Shown: piece after piece, positions 39,827 through 49,277 of the stretch | How the letters are laid out: the number at the start of each line of letters is the position of its first letter | How positions within the stretch are numbered: position 1 is the stretch's first letter | Assembly: GCA_944391215.1 (NCBI GenBank) | Contig: CALXSR010000015.1 | Span: 16,776-80,775, forward strand | From: an uncultured Clostridia bacterium | GTDB taxonomy: Bacteria > Bacillota > Dehalobacteriia > UBA4068 > CALXSR01 | Length of the DNA: 64,000 nt | Reading direction: 5' to 3' | The notes under the pieces: model-generated | Database searches by the model: none | The model's input: the letters and a program-made list of their open reading frames with translations, nothing else | Told to the model about the DNA's origin: nothing | Program-made: the position numbers and the translations under genes

Positions 39827-40325
39827 GGTCTTTCACCTCTCTCCCGATGATAATTGCCGCGACCATAGCCACCAAAAGCAAAACAGCCGCTAATTCAAAA
39901 GCAATCACATATTGTGAAAGAAGCCTTACCCCAATTTCGCCCACGGAAGTAGCAGCCGCCGCAATTCCTGTCGTTTGCCAAGTTGTTTTGATTAAAGAGA
40001 AGGATAAAAACCCAAAAAACAACATGGCCGCCGCTACGCCAAGATAGCCAAAACGGCTATAGGGATTGGTTTCCGCCATTTTGCCATCGCCTTGGTTCAC
40101 CAAAAGCAAAGCAAAAATGACCAAAATAGAAACTGCTCCAGCATAAACCAAAACCTGCACTGCTGCTAAAAAGTCGGCTCGCAGCGTTAGGAAAATGCCG
40201 GCAACACCTAAAAAAGTCACAATCAAGCATAAAACGCTATGTACAATATTTTTCAGGTTAATAACAGCCAAAGCGCCTCCCAAAGTGAGCGCTGCCAACA
40301 GGAAAAAAACAATACTCTGCATCAT
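39819..40325 (-). CDS. nuoJ: Complex I subunit J
   Basis: QVLVYAGAV, FELAAVLLL. Confidence 0.93.
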   Translation of the reverse strand: MMQSIVFFLLAALTLGGALAVINLKNIVHSVLCLIVTFLGVAGIFLTLRADFLAAVQVLVYAGAVSILVIFALLLVNQGDGKMAETNPYSRFGYLGVAAAMLFFGFLSFSLIKTTWQTTGIAAAATSVGEIGVRLLSQYVIAFELAAVLLLVAMVAAIIIGREVKDHA

Positions 40326-40891
40326 GCTTTTGTTTCCTCCCCTCTGTTTTCCGGTTCAGTCGCCTGCTTTTCAGCAGCCATTTTTTCTTCCGGCAAATTT
40401 TGTTTCTCCACAGGAGCCGCATTCACAACTTCTTTTTCTTCCTTTTTTTCTGCTGCCGGAGCTACCGGCATTTTCACTGGTTGCCCAAACGTGGAAGCTA
40501 CCGCGTCCATATTTGGGTTTTTCAACAAATCATGTACCACATTTTCTTTGTGATAAATCGCCGTTTCAAATTCCAAAGTAAATTTTAAACAATGCGTTGG
40601 ACATGTTTCTACGCATAAACCGCAATGCAAGCAATAAGAACGATTGATTTCGTATTTCATCATCTTCTTTTTGCCTTCTTCTGTTTTGCCAATTTCACAA
40701 GTAATGGCATGGTTCGGGCAAGCACGGGCGCATAAGCCGCAAGCAATGCATTTATCAACGTCCATTTGGAAATCGCCACGCCAGCATTTTGGCAAAACAG
40801 GTTTTACTTCGGGATATTTTTCCGTTAATCGTTTGCTAACGGAAGCTTTACCGGTAACGGCCAATCCTTTTATTAAACCTTTTCCGTACAT
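40322..40891 (-). CDS. nuoI: Complex I subunit I (2x 4Fe-4S) with low-complexity C-terminal tail
   Basis: TEKYP, CIACGLCARACP, CLHCGLCVETCP. Confidence 0.92.
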   Translation of the reverse strand: MYGKGLIKGLAVTGKASVSKRLTEKYPEVKPVLPKCWRGDFQMDVDKCIACGLCARACPNHAITCEIGKTEEGKKKMMKYEINRSYCLHCGLCVETCPTHCLKFTLEFETAIYHKENVVHDLLKNPNMDAVASTFGQPVKMPVAPAAEKKEEKEVVNAAPVEKQNLPEEKMAAEKQATEPENRGEETKA

Positions 40892-40893
40892 TG

Positions 40894-41958
40894 TTACCAC
40901 CCCAAACCATTATTAAATACAAACAAAACAATACTTGTAATAAGAATATTGGCCAAGGAAATCGGTACTAAAAACTTCCAGCCAAAATTCATCAACTGGT
41001 CTACCCGAATACGCGGGAAAGTCCAACGGCAGAAAATAAAGAAAGAGAATAAAACGAATGTTTTCCCCAAAAACCATACCCAACCAGGTAAAAACGGTCC
41101 TTGCCAACCGCCCAGAAAAACGGTAGTGCCAATGGAGGCAATCACAAACAAATTGCAATATTCAGCCAAAAAGAATAGCGCATAACGCATCCCGGAATAT
41201 TCGGTATAAATACCAGCCGTTAATTCCGATTCCCCTTCCGGTAAGTCGAAAGGCGCCCGATTAGTTTCAGCCAAACCGCAAATTAAATAAATAATAAAAG
41301 CCACCGGCTGTAAAAAAACAAACCAAATATGGTTTTGGGCCGCCACAATAGATTGCATTTCCAAAGTACCGGTAATTAGTACCACGCCCAATAAAGAAAA
41401 CACCATGGGGATTTCATAACTAATCATTTGCGATACCCCACGCATAGCACCCATCAAGGAATATTTATTATTGGACCCCCAACCAGCCATAAAAATAGGG
41501 ATAGTGGAAAGCGCGGATACCGCAATTAAATAGAACAGGCCAATACTCAAATCTAGCGCCGCCATTTGCCGGCCAAATGGGATTACCGCTAAAGAAAGCA
41601 TCGGCGGTACAAAAATCAACAAAGCAGCCCATAAATGTACGACCCGATCGGCGTTTAAAGGCACTACATCTTCTTTGGTCAACAATTTAATCGCATCGGC
41701 AATGGTTTGGAACCAACCATTGGGACCCAAGCGATTCGGACCGGGGCGTCTTTGAATATACCCTGCCAATTTTCTTTCCCATATTACATAGAAAAGGGCA
41801 CATAAAACGCAAACAGCAATGATTGCAATAAAATAAACCAAACCCATACCAATTTCTGTAACAGTTGCATTAAAGCCTAGCCAGGCAAAGAAATGACGGA
41901 TAAGACCCGCTATGTAGAGAAAAATATTATCAAAAAATTCTAGTATATTACTCAACAT
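40894..41958 (-). CDS. nuoH: Complex I subunit H
   Basis: ERKLAGYIQRRPGPNR, QMISYE, NRAPFDLPEGESEL. Confidence 0.95.
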   Translation of the reverse strand: MLSNILEFFDNIFLYIAGLIRHFFAWLGFNATVTEIGMGLVYFIAIIAVCVLCALFYVIWERKLAGYIQRRPGPNRLGPNGWFQTIADAIKLLTKEDVVPLNADRVVHLWAALLIFVPPMLSLAVIPFGRQMAALDLSIGLFYLIAVSALSTIPIFMAGWGSNNKYSLMGAMRGVSQMISYEIPMVFSLLGVVLITGTLEMQSIVAAQNHIWFVFLQPVAFIIYLICGLAETNRAPFDLPEGESELTAGIYTEYSGMRYALFFLAEYCNLFVIASIGTTVFLGGWQGPFLPGWVWFLGKTFVLFSFFIFCRWTFPRIRVDQLMNFGWKFLVPISLANILITSIVLFVFNNGLGW

Positions 41959-41975
41959 ACTTCCCCTCCTTCCGA

Positions 41976-43082
41976 CTAAGCGTCAATTTCGCCTAATACA
42001 ATATCAAAACTGGCCAAAATTGCAACCAAATCAGCCATTTTATGGCCGATAAATATTTCATCATAAATCGCGATATTGGAAAAAGACGGCCGTCTAAAAT
42101 GAACCCGATAAGGATTGGTACTGCCATCGCTGGCCACATAGCAGCCAAGAATTCCCTTTGGATTTTCCGCTTCATGATAAGCATCGCCAACCGGCGGTTT
42201 GATTACTTTTGGGACTTTAGCCATAATTGGCCCTTCCGGAATATCCTGAATAAATTGCTGGATAAGACGGAAGCTTTCTTCCACTTCTTTCATTCGTACC
42301 ATATAACGATCATAACAATCACCGTGTTCGGTGGTGGCCACATTGATTTGATATTTGCCATACTGCAAATAAGGACGATCGCGTCTTAGATCATAATCAA
42401 CCCCACTAGCTCGTAAATTAGGGCCAGTTAAACCATAATTTAAAGCTTTTTCCGCCGTAATTTTGCCAATACCTTTGGTACGAGCATGGAAAATTTCATT
42501 ATCATCAACGAGAGTATGATATTGTTTAATGAAAGCAGGACATTCCTTTAAAAACGCTTCATAATGTTTAAAGAAATCCTCATTCAAATCTGCGGCAACC
42601 CCACCAATACGAATATAATTAAATGTCATACGGGCCCCACATAACTGGGAAAGCATTTCTAAAACGCGTTCCCGTAATTGGAAAGGATAAAAAGCGCCTG
42701 TTACCGCCCCTAAGTCCATAATATAAATACCAATCCCAACCATATGGCTGGCAATACGCATCAATTCCGCTGTAATCATCCGAATATATTGCGCACGTTC
42801 CGGTACCTCAACCCCCATCAGCTTTTCTACCGCCAAAACATAAGCCAAATTATTGCTGATGCCGGACAAATAATCCAAACGATCCGTATAGGGAATGACT
42901 TGCGGATACGTTCTGCTTTCCGCTAATTTTTCAATGCCGCGGTGCAAATAGCCGATTTTGGTTTTCGAGGCAACGCAATATTCGCCGTCCATCTCCACCA
43001 CAACATGAAGAACCCCGTGCGTACTGGGGTGCTGCGGACCTAAATTTAAAGTATAGGTTTGTGTTTTAACAGCATCACTCAT
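41976..43082 (-). CDS. nuoD: Complex I subunit D
   Basis: LNLGPQHPSTHGVL, GYLHRGIEK, DRLDY, DIVLGEID; no NiFe CxxC motifs. Confidence 0.95.
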   Translation of the reverse strand: MSDAVKTQTYTLNLGPQHPSTHGVLHVVVEMDGEYCVASKTKIGYLHRGIEKLAESRTYPQVIPYTDRLDYLSGISNNLAYVLAVEKLMGVEVPERAQYIRMITAELMRIASHMVGIGIYIMDLGAVTGAFYPFQLRERVLEMLSQLCGARMTFNYIRIGGVAADLNEDFFKHYEAFLKECPAFIKQYHTLVDDNEIFHARTKGIGKITAEKALNYGLTGPNLRASGVDYDLRRDRPYLQYGKYQINVATTEHGDCYDRYMVRMKEVEESFRLIQQFIQDIPEGPIMAKVPKVIKPPVGDAYHEAENPKGILGCYVASDGSTNPYRVHFRRPSFSNIAIYDEIFIGHKMADLVAILASFDIVLGEIDA

Positions 43083-43537
43083 TGTGGTTTCGCCCCCATT
43101 CTATTATGGTGATCATTCACAAAATCTTTGCGCAAGGGATAACCGTCAAAGCCTTCCCAAAGCAAAATACGCTCTAAATTGGGATGATTTAAAAAAGTGA
43201 TGCCCATCAAATCATAAACTTCTCTCTCTAGCCAGTTAGCCGAACACCACAAGTTTGCCAAAGATTCTATTTCCGGTTTTTCATGATCTAATTTTACCTT
43301 AATGGTAAAATGTTCCCCACTAGCATGGTCAAAGAGTTGATAAACCACTTCAAAATACTCTTTTGCATCTACCGAGGTTATATCAGATAATAAATCCATG
43401 CCCATGCGTTTTAAATAAGACATAATTTCTAAAAAGTTTTCTTTTTCAACCCAAAACTCTTCTGCTTTTTCTTCCGAAAAAGTTACTTTATCCGCATAAT
43501 GCTTCAATAAAGATTCTTTATAATTGGTCGCCATCAT
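43079..43537 (-). CDS. nuoC: Complex I subunit C
   Basis: ANWLEREVYDLMG, HPNLERIL, YPLRKDF. Confidence 0.93.
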   Translation of the reverse strand: MMATNYKESLLKHYADKVTFSEEKAEEFWVEKENFLEIMSYLKRMGMDLLSDITSVDAKEYFEVVYQLFDHASGEHFTIKVKLDHEKPEIESLANLWCSANWLEREVYDLMGITFLNHPNLERILLWEGFDGYPLRKDFVNDHHNRMGAKPQ

Positions 43538-43549
43538 TACCCCTCCTTT

Positions 43550-44077
43550 TTATTCATGTGTTTTCACAATTTCCGGATGGTTTAATTTTTGTTTTAATTG
43601 CAATAAACCATGAATTAACGCTTCCGGACGCGGAGGGCAGCCCGGAATATAAATATCTACCGGAACAATTTGATCGGCGCCTGGTACAACAGAATAGGAG
43701 TCCACAAAAGGGCCGCCAGAAATTGCACAATTTCCCATGGCAATGACCCAACGCGGCTCCGGCATTTGATGATAAAGCAATTCCACGGAAGGACGCATTT
43801 TTTCTGTAATCGTACCAGCCACAATCATCACATCGGCTTGCCGCGGCGAGTTACGAAACACTTCATATCCAAAACGCGAACAGTCAAAACGAGATTGCGT
43901 CATACAAATCATTTCAATAGCACAACAAGCTAAGCCAAATTGAAAAGGCCATAAGGACCAACCGCGGCCCCAATTAAACAATTTTTCCAAGGTAGTGAAA
44001 AGAATTCCTTTCTTTTCCAATTCTTCTTGACTCATCAAATCGGTATTGTCCGGAATTTTATTTTCTTTTACTGCCAT
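43550..44077 (-). CDS. nuoB: Complex I subunit B
   Basis: [30 protein letters not shown]. Confidence 0.95.
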   Translation of the reverse strand: MAVKENKIPDNTDLMSQEELEKKGILFTTLEKLFNWGRGWSLWPFQFGLACCAIEMICMTQSRFDCSRFGYEVFRNSPRQADVMIVAGTITEKMRPSVELLYHQMPEPRWVIAMGNCAISGGPFVDSYSVVPGADQIVPVDIYIPGCPPRPEALIHGLLQLKQKLNHPEIVKTHE

Positions 44078-44463
44078 TTTAGCACTCCTTCCTTCCAGGC
44101 ATACCACAGACCAGCTACTAAAATTGCGATGAAAATCAACATTTCAATGAGACCAAAAAGGCCCAAGGCATGAAAAGCTACTGCCCATGGATATAAGAAA
44201 ACCGTTTCCACATCGAAAATTAAGAAAATCAAAGCGTAGAGAAAATAGCTTGTTTTATACCGTACCCAAGTAGTACCTTCCGTTAGCATACCGCATTCAT
44301 ACGTAATCCTTTTACGGTCATAGGGTCTGTGAGGAGCAAATATACGCGAAATAATCAAGGCTGCGGCCGCAAATGCAATCGCCCCAACAAACATAATGCC
44401 CACGATACCATACTGTACCAAAAAGTCTACTCCGCTTACTGGATCTGTCATTTTCCTTGCCAT
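44068..44463 (-). CDS. nuoA: Complex I subunit A
   Basis: [25 protein letters not shown]. Confidence 0.95.
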   Translation of the reverse strand: MARKMTDPVSGVDFLVQYGIVGIMFVGAIAFAAAALIISRIFAPHRPYDRKRITYECGMLTEGTTWVRYKTSYFLYALIFLIFDVETVFLYPWAVAFHALGLFGLIEMLIFIAILVAGLWYAWKEGVLKWQ

Positions 44464-44860
44464 CCTTTCTTTTTATATTTCTTATAAAAACTCAATTTAA
44501 AATTTTTGCAACTTTATAATATTGCGCAATTTGCACACGAAAAGATAAAAAAATAGTTTTTTAGCCTGCCTAAAAATAATATTTTTTCATCTAAAACTTA
44601 TAAATATGCAATTCTTTTTCTATATGAAACATGCTAAGCAATGCTTTTGCCTGCAGTTTTAAAAACATTAACCAAGTGCAATCAAAAAAATAGTTTTTGA
44701 AACTTATTTATTTTACCATGTTTAGGGTAAATTCGCAAGTTTTCTACCTTTTTTACCCTTGTTATTTTTCATCAAAAATGGATATTATAATTGACTTTTG
44801 TTTAAAAAATGCTAGTCTATAAATATAGTATCTCTTCTAGAAAAACAAAGGAGGAAAAAA

Positions 44861-45244
44861 ATGAAAAAACAAACCTCCCACACAGAAGAAGGACAAAACT
44901 GTCCTCTCACTTATTCTCTCCATTTAAAACTAAAAAAACAAGATGAAATATTTGGCCCTGGTATTATGCAATTATTATCAAATATTGAAGAAGACCATTC
45001 CCTAAATTCAGCTTGTGAAAAAATGAATATGGCTTATAGCAAAGGTTGGCGGATTATTAAAACCGCAGAAAAACAACTGGGTTTCCCTTTATTAGAAAGG
45101 AAAATAGGCGGCGTTTCCGGCGGCGGTTCAGAACTTACCCCTAAAGCGCGAGATTTGGTAGAACGGTTCTCGGCTTTTCAAACAAAGGTTTATCATTTAG
45201 CAGATCAAGCCTTTCAGGAACTTTTTCCCCAAGATCAATTTTAA
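44861..45244 (+). CDS. ModE N-terminal-type winged-helix regulator (no TOBE domains)
   Basis: FGPG..LL..I...SLN.A...MNMAYSKGW, GGVSGGGSELT. Confidence 0.8.
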   Translation: MKKQTSHTEEGQNCPLTYSLHLKLKKQDEIFGPGIMQLLSNIEEDHSLNSACEKMNMAYSKGWRIIKTAEKQLGFPLLERKIGGVSGGGSELTPKARDLVERFSAFQTKVYHLADQAFQELFPQDQF

Positions 45245-45380
45245 TACATTTTCACAAATTGGCAAGACCAATTTTTTCCGCGCTTTTGGCGCGGTTTTTC
45301 TTTTCATTTGTGAGTAAGCACAAAGCATGCTACAATAAAATAAGAATGCAAATTCTCAATTTATTAATGTAGGTGTTTTT

Positions 45381-46073
45381 ATGGAAACCAATATTTTAAT
45401 TGTAGATGATGAACAAGAAATTGCCGATTTATTAGAACTATATTTAAAAAATGAAAATTACCGTGTCCATAAATTCTACAGCGCGTTACCAGCTTTACAA
45501 TGCGTCAAAAGCCATGATATTGATTTAGCAATTTTGGATGTGATGCTACCGGAAATGGACGGCTTTACGCTTTGTAAAGAAATTCGCCAGGAATATCATT
45601 TTCCCATTATCATGCTTACCGCCAAAGTAGAAGACTATGATAAAATCACCGGTTTAACCATTGGAGCAGATGATTATATTACCAAACCCTTTAATCCCTT
45701 AGAAGTGATCGCACGGGTTAAAGCACAACTGCGCCGCTATACCAAATACAATGAAAAAATCGGCAAGGAAAATGAAGATATTTTGGAGTTTTCCGGATTA
45801 AGCATCAACAATACCACCCATGAATGCATCCTCTATGGAAAAGATTTGAGCTTAACGCCCATCGAATTTTCCATTTTATGGTTGCTCGCCAGTAATCGCG
45901 GGAAAGTTATCTCTTCTGAGGAATTATTTGAACAAGTATGGGGGGAAAAATATCTTTATTCTAATAATACAGTTATGGTGCATATTCGTCATTTAAGAGA
46001 GAAAATGCATGAACCGCATCGCAATCCCAAATTTATTAAAACTGTTTGGGGGGTTGGCTATAAAATTGAGTAA
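45381..46073 (+). CDS. OmpR-family response regulator, VanR-like
   Basis: VDDE, LDVMLP, DKITGLTIGADDYITKPFNPLE, NNTVMVHIRHLREK, TVWGVGY. Confidence 0.88.
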   Translation: METNILIVDDEQEIADLLELYLKNENYRVHKFYSALPALQCVKSHDIDLAILDVMLPEMDGFTLCKEIRQEYHFPIIMLTAKVEDYDKITGLTIGADDYITKPFNPLEVIARVKAQLRRYTKYNEKIGKENEDILEFSGLSINNTTHECILYGKDLSLTPIEFSILWLLASNRGKVISSEELFEQVWGEKYLYSNNTVMVHIRHLREKMHEPHRNPKFIKTVWGVGYKIE

Positions 46074-47163
46074 AGAAAATCCGCAATATTTAAGGAAATT
46101 AAAAAGTAAGCTTTTTTTAAAAATGATATTCGCTTTTGTGATTGGTATTTTGGCCGCTTTTTTATTTTTATTGGCCCTAGACGGCATTTTAAACAACTTT
46201 TTGGCCGAAAGCATTTCCAGTATCAACTATGGGCTTTACCTTTTCTTCGTAGCGCATAAACAAAGTTTTATGATGATTTTTGCCCTGCTCATTATTTTGT
46301 TAACCGTTTATTTTTCCATCAGCAAAACAGCCAATTATATTGACCTAATTGTACAAAGCATTGATAAAATTTTCCAAAAAGAAGAAGATTTAATTGAACT
46401 TCCCGATGATTTTAAGGAAGTCGAAAATAAATTAAATGGCATCAAATTTGATGCCCTGCGCAATGAACAAATTGCCAAAGATGCCGAAGCCAAAAAAAAC
46501 GACTTATTGGTTTATTTAGCGCATGATTTAAAAACCCCATTGACCTCTGTGATTGGTTATTTAACTTTGTTAAGAGAGGAACCGGATTTACCCGCTGAAC
46601 AAAGACAAAAATATATCAATATTTCTTTAGAGAAATCAGAACGCCTAGAAGATTTAATCAATGAGTTTTTTGAAATTACCCGTTTCAATCTGCAAAATAT
46701 TGTTTTAGAAAACAAACAAATTCATTTGCATAAAATGTTAGATCAATTAGTGGACGAGTTTTACCCGTTGCTGGCTGAAAAGAATTTAAACTGTCAGCTG
46801 CATATGGAAGAGCAAATTACCATTCGCGGCGATGCGGACAAATTGGCTCGCGTTTTTGATAATCTTTTACGGAATGCCATTAACTATAGTTATGAAAACA
46901 GTGACATCGATATTTTCGTCAAAAAAGATGAAAATATGGTAGAACTAATTTTCCAAAACCAGGGCAACCCTATTCCGGAACATAAACTCAACACTATTTT
47001 TGAAAAATTTTTTCGCTTGGATACAGCCCGTTCCAGCAAAACAGGCGGCGCCGGATTAGGTTTAGCCATTGCCAAAGAAATCGTAGAATTGCATCATGGC
47101 AGTATCAAAGCGTATAGCAGCAGCGAATATACCAAATTCAGCATTTTGCTCCCTATAAAATAA
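46066..47163 (+). CDS. Membrane sensor histidine kinase, VanS-like
   Basis: Two TM helices, YLAHDLKTPLTSVIGYL, EFFEITRF, RSSKTGGAGLGLAI; TTG start overlaps the regulator. Confidence 0.88.
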   Translation: MSKENPQYLRKLKSKLFLKMIFAFVIGILAAFLFLLALDGILNNFLAESISSINYGLYLFFVAHKQSFMMIFALLIILLTVYFSISKTANYIDLIVQSIDKIFQKEEDLIELPDDFKEVENKLNGIKFDALRNEQIAKDAEAKKNDLLVYLAHDLKTPLTSVIGYLTLLREEPDLPAEQRQKYINISLEKSERLEDLINEFFEITRFNLQNIVLENKQIHLHKMLDQLVDEFYPLLAEKNLNCQLHMEEQITIRGDADKLARVFDNLLRNAINYSYENSDIDIFVKKDENMVELIFQNQGNPIPEHKLNTIFEKFFRLDTARSSKTGGAGLGLAIAKEIVELHHGSIKAYSSSEYTKFSILLPIK

Positions 47164-47436
47164 CAAAAATACAGTAGAATGATTTTGACAGAAAATGCAA
47201 TATGAGACAGCATAAACTTATCCGACACCCTATTCCTTACGCTTTTTCCATTTCCATATTGTTAGTTTTCAAATACGGTTTAACGTTATACTGACAAAAA
47301 CGTTTATCAATAGATATAGCAAAAATTAAACTAAAACATAAAAAATCTTTTCTTTATACGCACTTAGCTTTTTAGCAATCAAGAGTGATAAAAAACTATT
47401 TAAAAAAAATTTATAAAGTCCATAAAAAATACGAAG

Positions 47437-47464
47437 AAAAAGGGTGGTTATCCCACCCTTTTTT
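47437..47464 (+). terminator. Intrinsic terminator
   Basis: AAAAAGGGTGG-loop-CCACCCTTTTTT. Confidence 0.7.
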
Positions 47465-47555
47465 ATTTTCCTATTGACATATTTTCGCTTCCTGTTATTA
47501 TAATACTTAAAAATATTTATATAAAAATTTTTAAGTATAGCGAAAGGATTGAATT

Positions 47556-48623
47556 ATGCAAAATAATAAAACAAAGCGCGGTTTAAAAATCGTACTTCTC
47601 ACCGTTCTTCTTATTGCCATTATTGGAATTGGCATTTTATACTCTTTGTTTCATAATGAATTGGCCACATTAAACAGCATTCAGCAAGCTGAAGACGCCC
47701 CATTCTTTACTATGACCTATTATGGAGATTATGGCTTTGACGACTTTTTACAGCAAGGCGCTTCTACCGATCAAGAATTGGTTGATTTTATTACCAAAAG
47801 ATTGTTAAAAGGCATTCCTATGAATTTTGATTTACCGGATCTGGGCTGCAGCACTTTTAGTGTCCAAACACCGGCGGGAGAACAGCTTTTTGGCCGTAAT
47901 TTCGATATGTATTACTCCCCTGCCCTTTTTGTTTGGACCGAACCGCAAAATGGTTATCGTTCGATTTCCATGGTTAATTTATCTTATATCGGTTTTGGTA
48001 AGGATAAATTGCCCATCGGTTTTCAAAACAGCATCATGACTTTGGCTGCTCCTTATGTGCCTTTGGACGGAATCAATGAAAAAGGCGTGGCCGTTGGCGT
48101 ACTTTTAATTGATACAGAGCCTACCAATCAACAAACTGATAAAATAGATATCACCACCAGCACTGCGATTCGTTTAATTTTAGATAAAGCGGCCAATGTA
48201 GAGGAAGCGCTGGATCTATTACAACAATACGACATGCATGCTTCTGCCAACAGCTGTTTTCACTTTCAAATTGCCGATGCCAGCGGCCGAAGCGTTGTCG
48301 TAGAATATATCAATCATGAGTTTTCGGTAGTAGAAAGCAAACAAGCCACTAACTTTTTATTAACCCCCGGCGCATGGTATCATTTTGGCAAAGGACAAGA
48401 TCGTTATCAAACCTTAGTTACCACACTAGCAAAAAAAAATAATACGTTAACAGAGACGGAAGCCATGCAATTATTGCAAGCGGTCAGCCAGAAACCGGAT
48501 TCGGAGGACACCGAAAAAAGCAGCACCCAATGGTCGGTGATTTATAATTTATCACAGGGAACTGCCCAAATCAGTATACAAAGAGACTATGACCGAATTT
48601 ATGAATATGCCATTAGAAAATAA
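47556..48623 (+). CDS. Membrane-anchored Ntn hydrolase (linear amide C-N hydrolase / C45-like)
   Basis: N-terminal TM; GCSTF nucleophile, FGRNFD, LDGINEKG. Confidence 0.8.
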   Translation: MQNNKTKRGLKIVLLTVLLIAIIGIGILYSLFHNELATLNSIQQAEDAPFFTMTYYGDYGFDDFLQQGASTDQELVDFITKRLLKGIPMNFDLPDLGCSTFSVQTPAGEQLFGRNFDMYYSPALFVWTEPQNGYRSISMVNLSYIGFGKDKLPIGFQNSIMTLAAPYVPLDGINEKGVAVGVLLIDTEPTNQQTDKIDITTSTAIRLILDKAANVEEALDLLQQYDMHASANSCFHFQIADASGRSVVVEYINHEFSVVESKQATNFLLTPGAWYHFGKGQDRYQTLVTTLAKKNNTLTETEAMQLLQAVSQKPDSEDTEKSSTQWSVIYNLSQGTAQISIQRDYDRIYEYAIRK

Positions 48624-48651
48624 AAACAGGCCACATCAGCGGCCTGTTTTT
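48624..48651. terminator. Bidirectional terminator
   Basis: AAAACAGGCC-loop-GGCCTGTTTT between convergent genes. Confidence 0.7.
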
Positions 48652-49277
48652 CATAAATCTTTCTTTTGAAAAATACGACAGGATATAAAATAAGAAATAA
48701 CATAAAGAACGAATATCAAAAGCGGCGCTACATAAAGAGCCGTTTTAATAGCCACTTCGGAAACAGCAGGCAAATCCGTACTCATGCTGGATAAGCCCAT
48801 AATGGCTAAAAAAGGAATCAGAAAAATAACCATCAGTAGCATACGGCTTTTTTCTACCCCAAAGCGATAGACCAAAGGAAATAAAATACTCATATAAAAA
48901 AGAATTACTAAAAAAACGGTATATCCCACTACTAAAATCGTACTGTCAAAAGGAACATGCTGGATAAAGTTAATAACATAAGAAAACACAAAGCCGACCC
49001 CAATCCCAATCACAGCCAAAAGGAAAGCCAACAGATATTTCGCCAAAACAATTTGTTTGCGATACACAGGCATAGCCGCCGCATAGCGGTCCCATTTACT
49101 TGTGTCGTCATAAGAAAAAGTGCTTAAGATTAAAATAGCAAAGAAAAAACCAATCAAACCTACAATAAAAGTGCTATCCATTGTAAATCCCAAAAAAGAA
49201 TAACAGAAAAGAACAAAAATAATACTTTTACCATATTTTCTTAAATTATAAATGTCTTTTAATAATAAACCGGCCAT
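48651..49277 (-). CDS. ABC-2 type transporter permease
   Basis: MAGLLLKD, FSYDD.SKWD.Y...MPV.RK.IV..KY. Confidence 0.85.
   Translation of the reverse strand: MAGLLLKDIYNLRKYGKSIIFVLFCYSFLGFTMDSTFIVGLIGFFFAILILSTFSYDDTSKWDRYAAAMPVYRKQIVLAKYLLAFLLAVIGIGVGFVFSYVINFIQHVPFDSTILVVGYTVFLVILFYMSILFPLVYRFGVEKSRMLLMVIFLIPFLAIMGLSSMSTDLPAVSEVAIKTALYVAPLLIFVLYVISYFISCRIFQKKDL

Noticed and set aside
41976-44077. Group 4 NiFe hydrogenase or Mrp antiporter reading of the nuo cluster
   Set aside because: Large subunit lacks both Ni-binding CxxC motifs, NuoB has the tandem CC, and nuoA/J/K are present
44520-44540. Rex box upstream of nuoA
   Set aside because: TTGCGCAA-TTTG-CACACGA has the wrong spacing and several mismatches to TTGTGAA-N4-TTCACAA
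47202-47294. 30-codon hydrophobic ORF after the VanS-like gene
   Set aside because: No RBS and no recognisable homology
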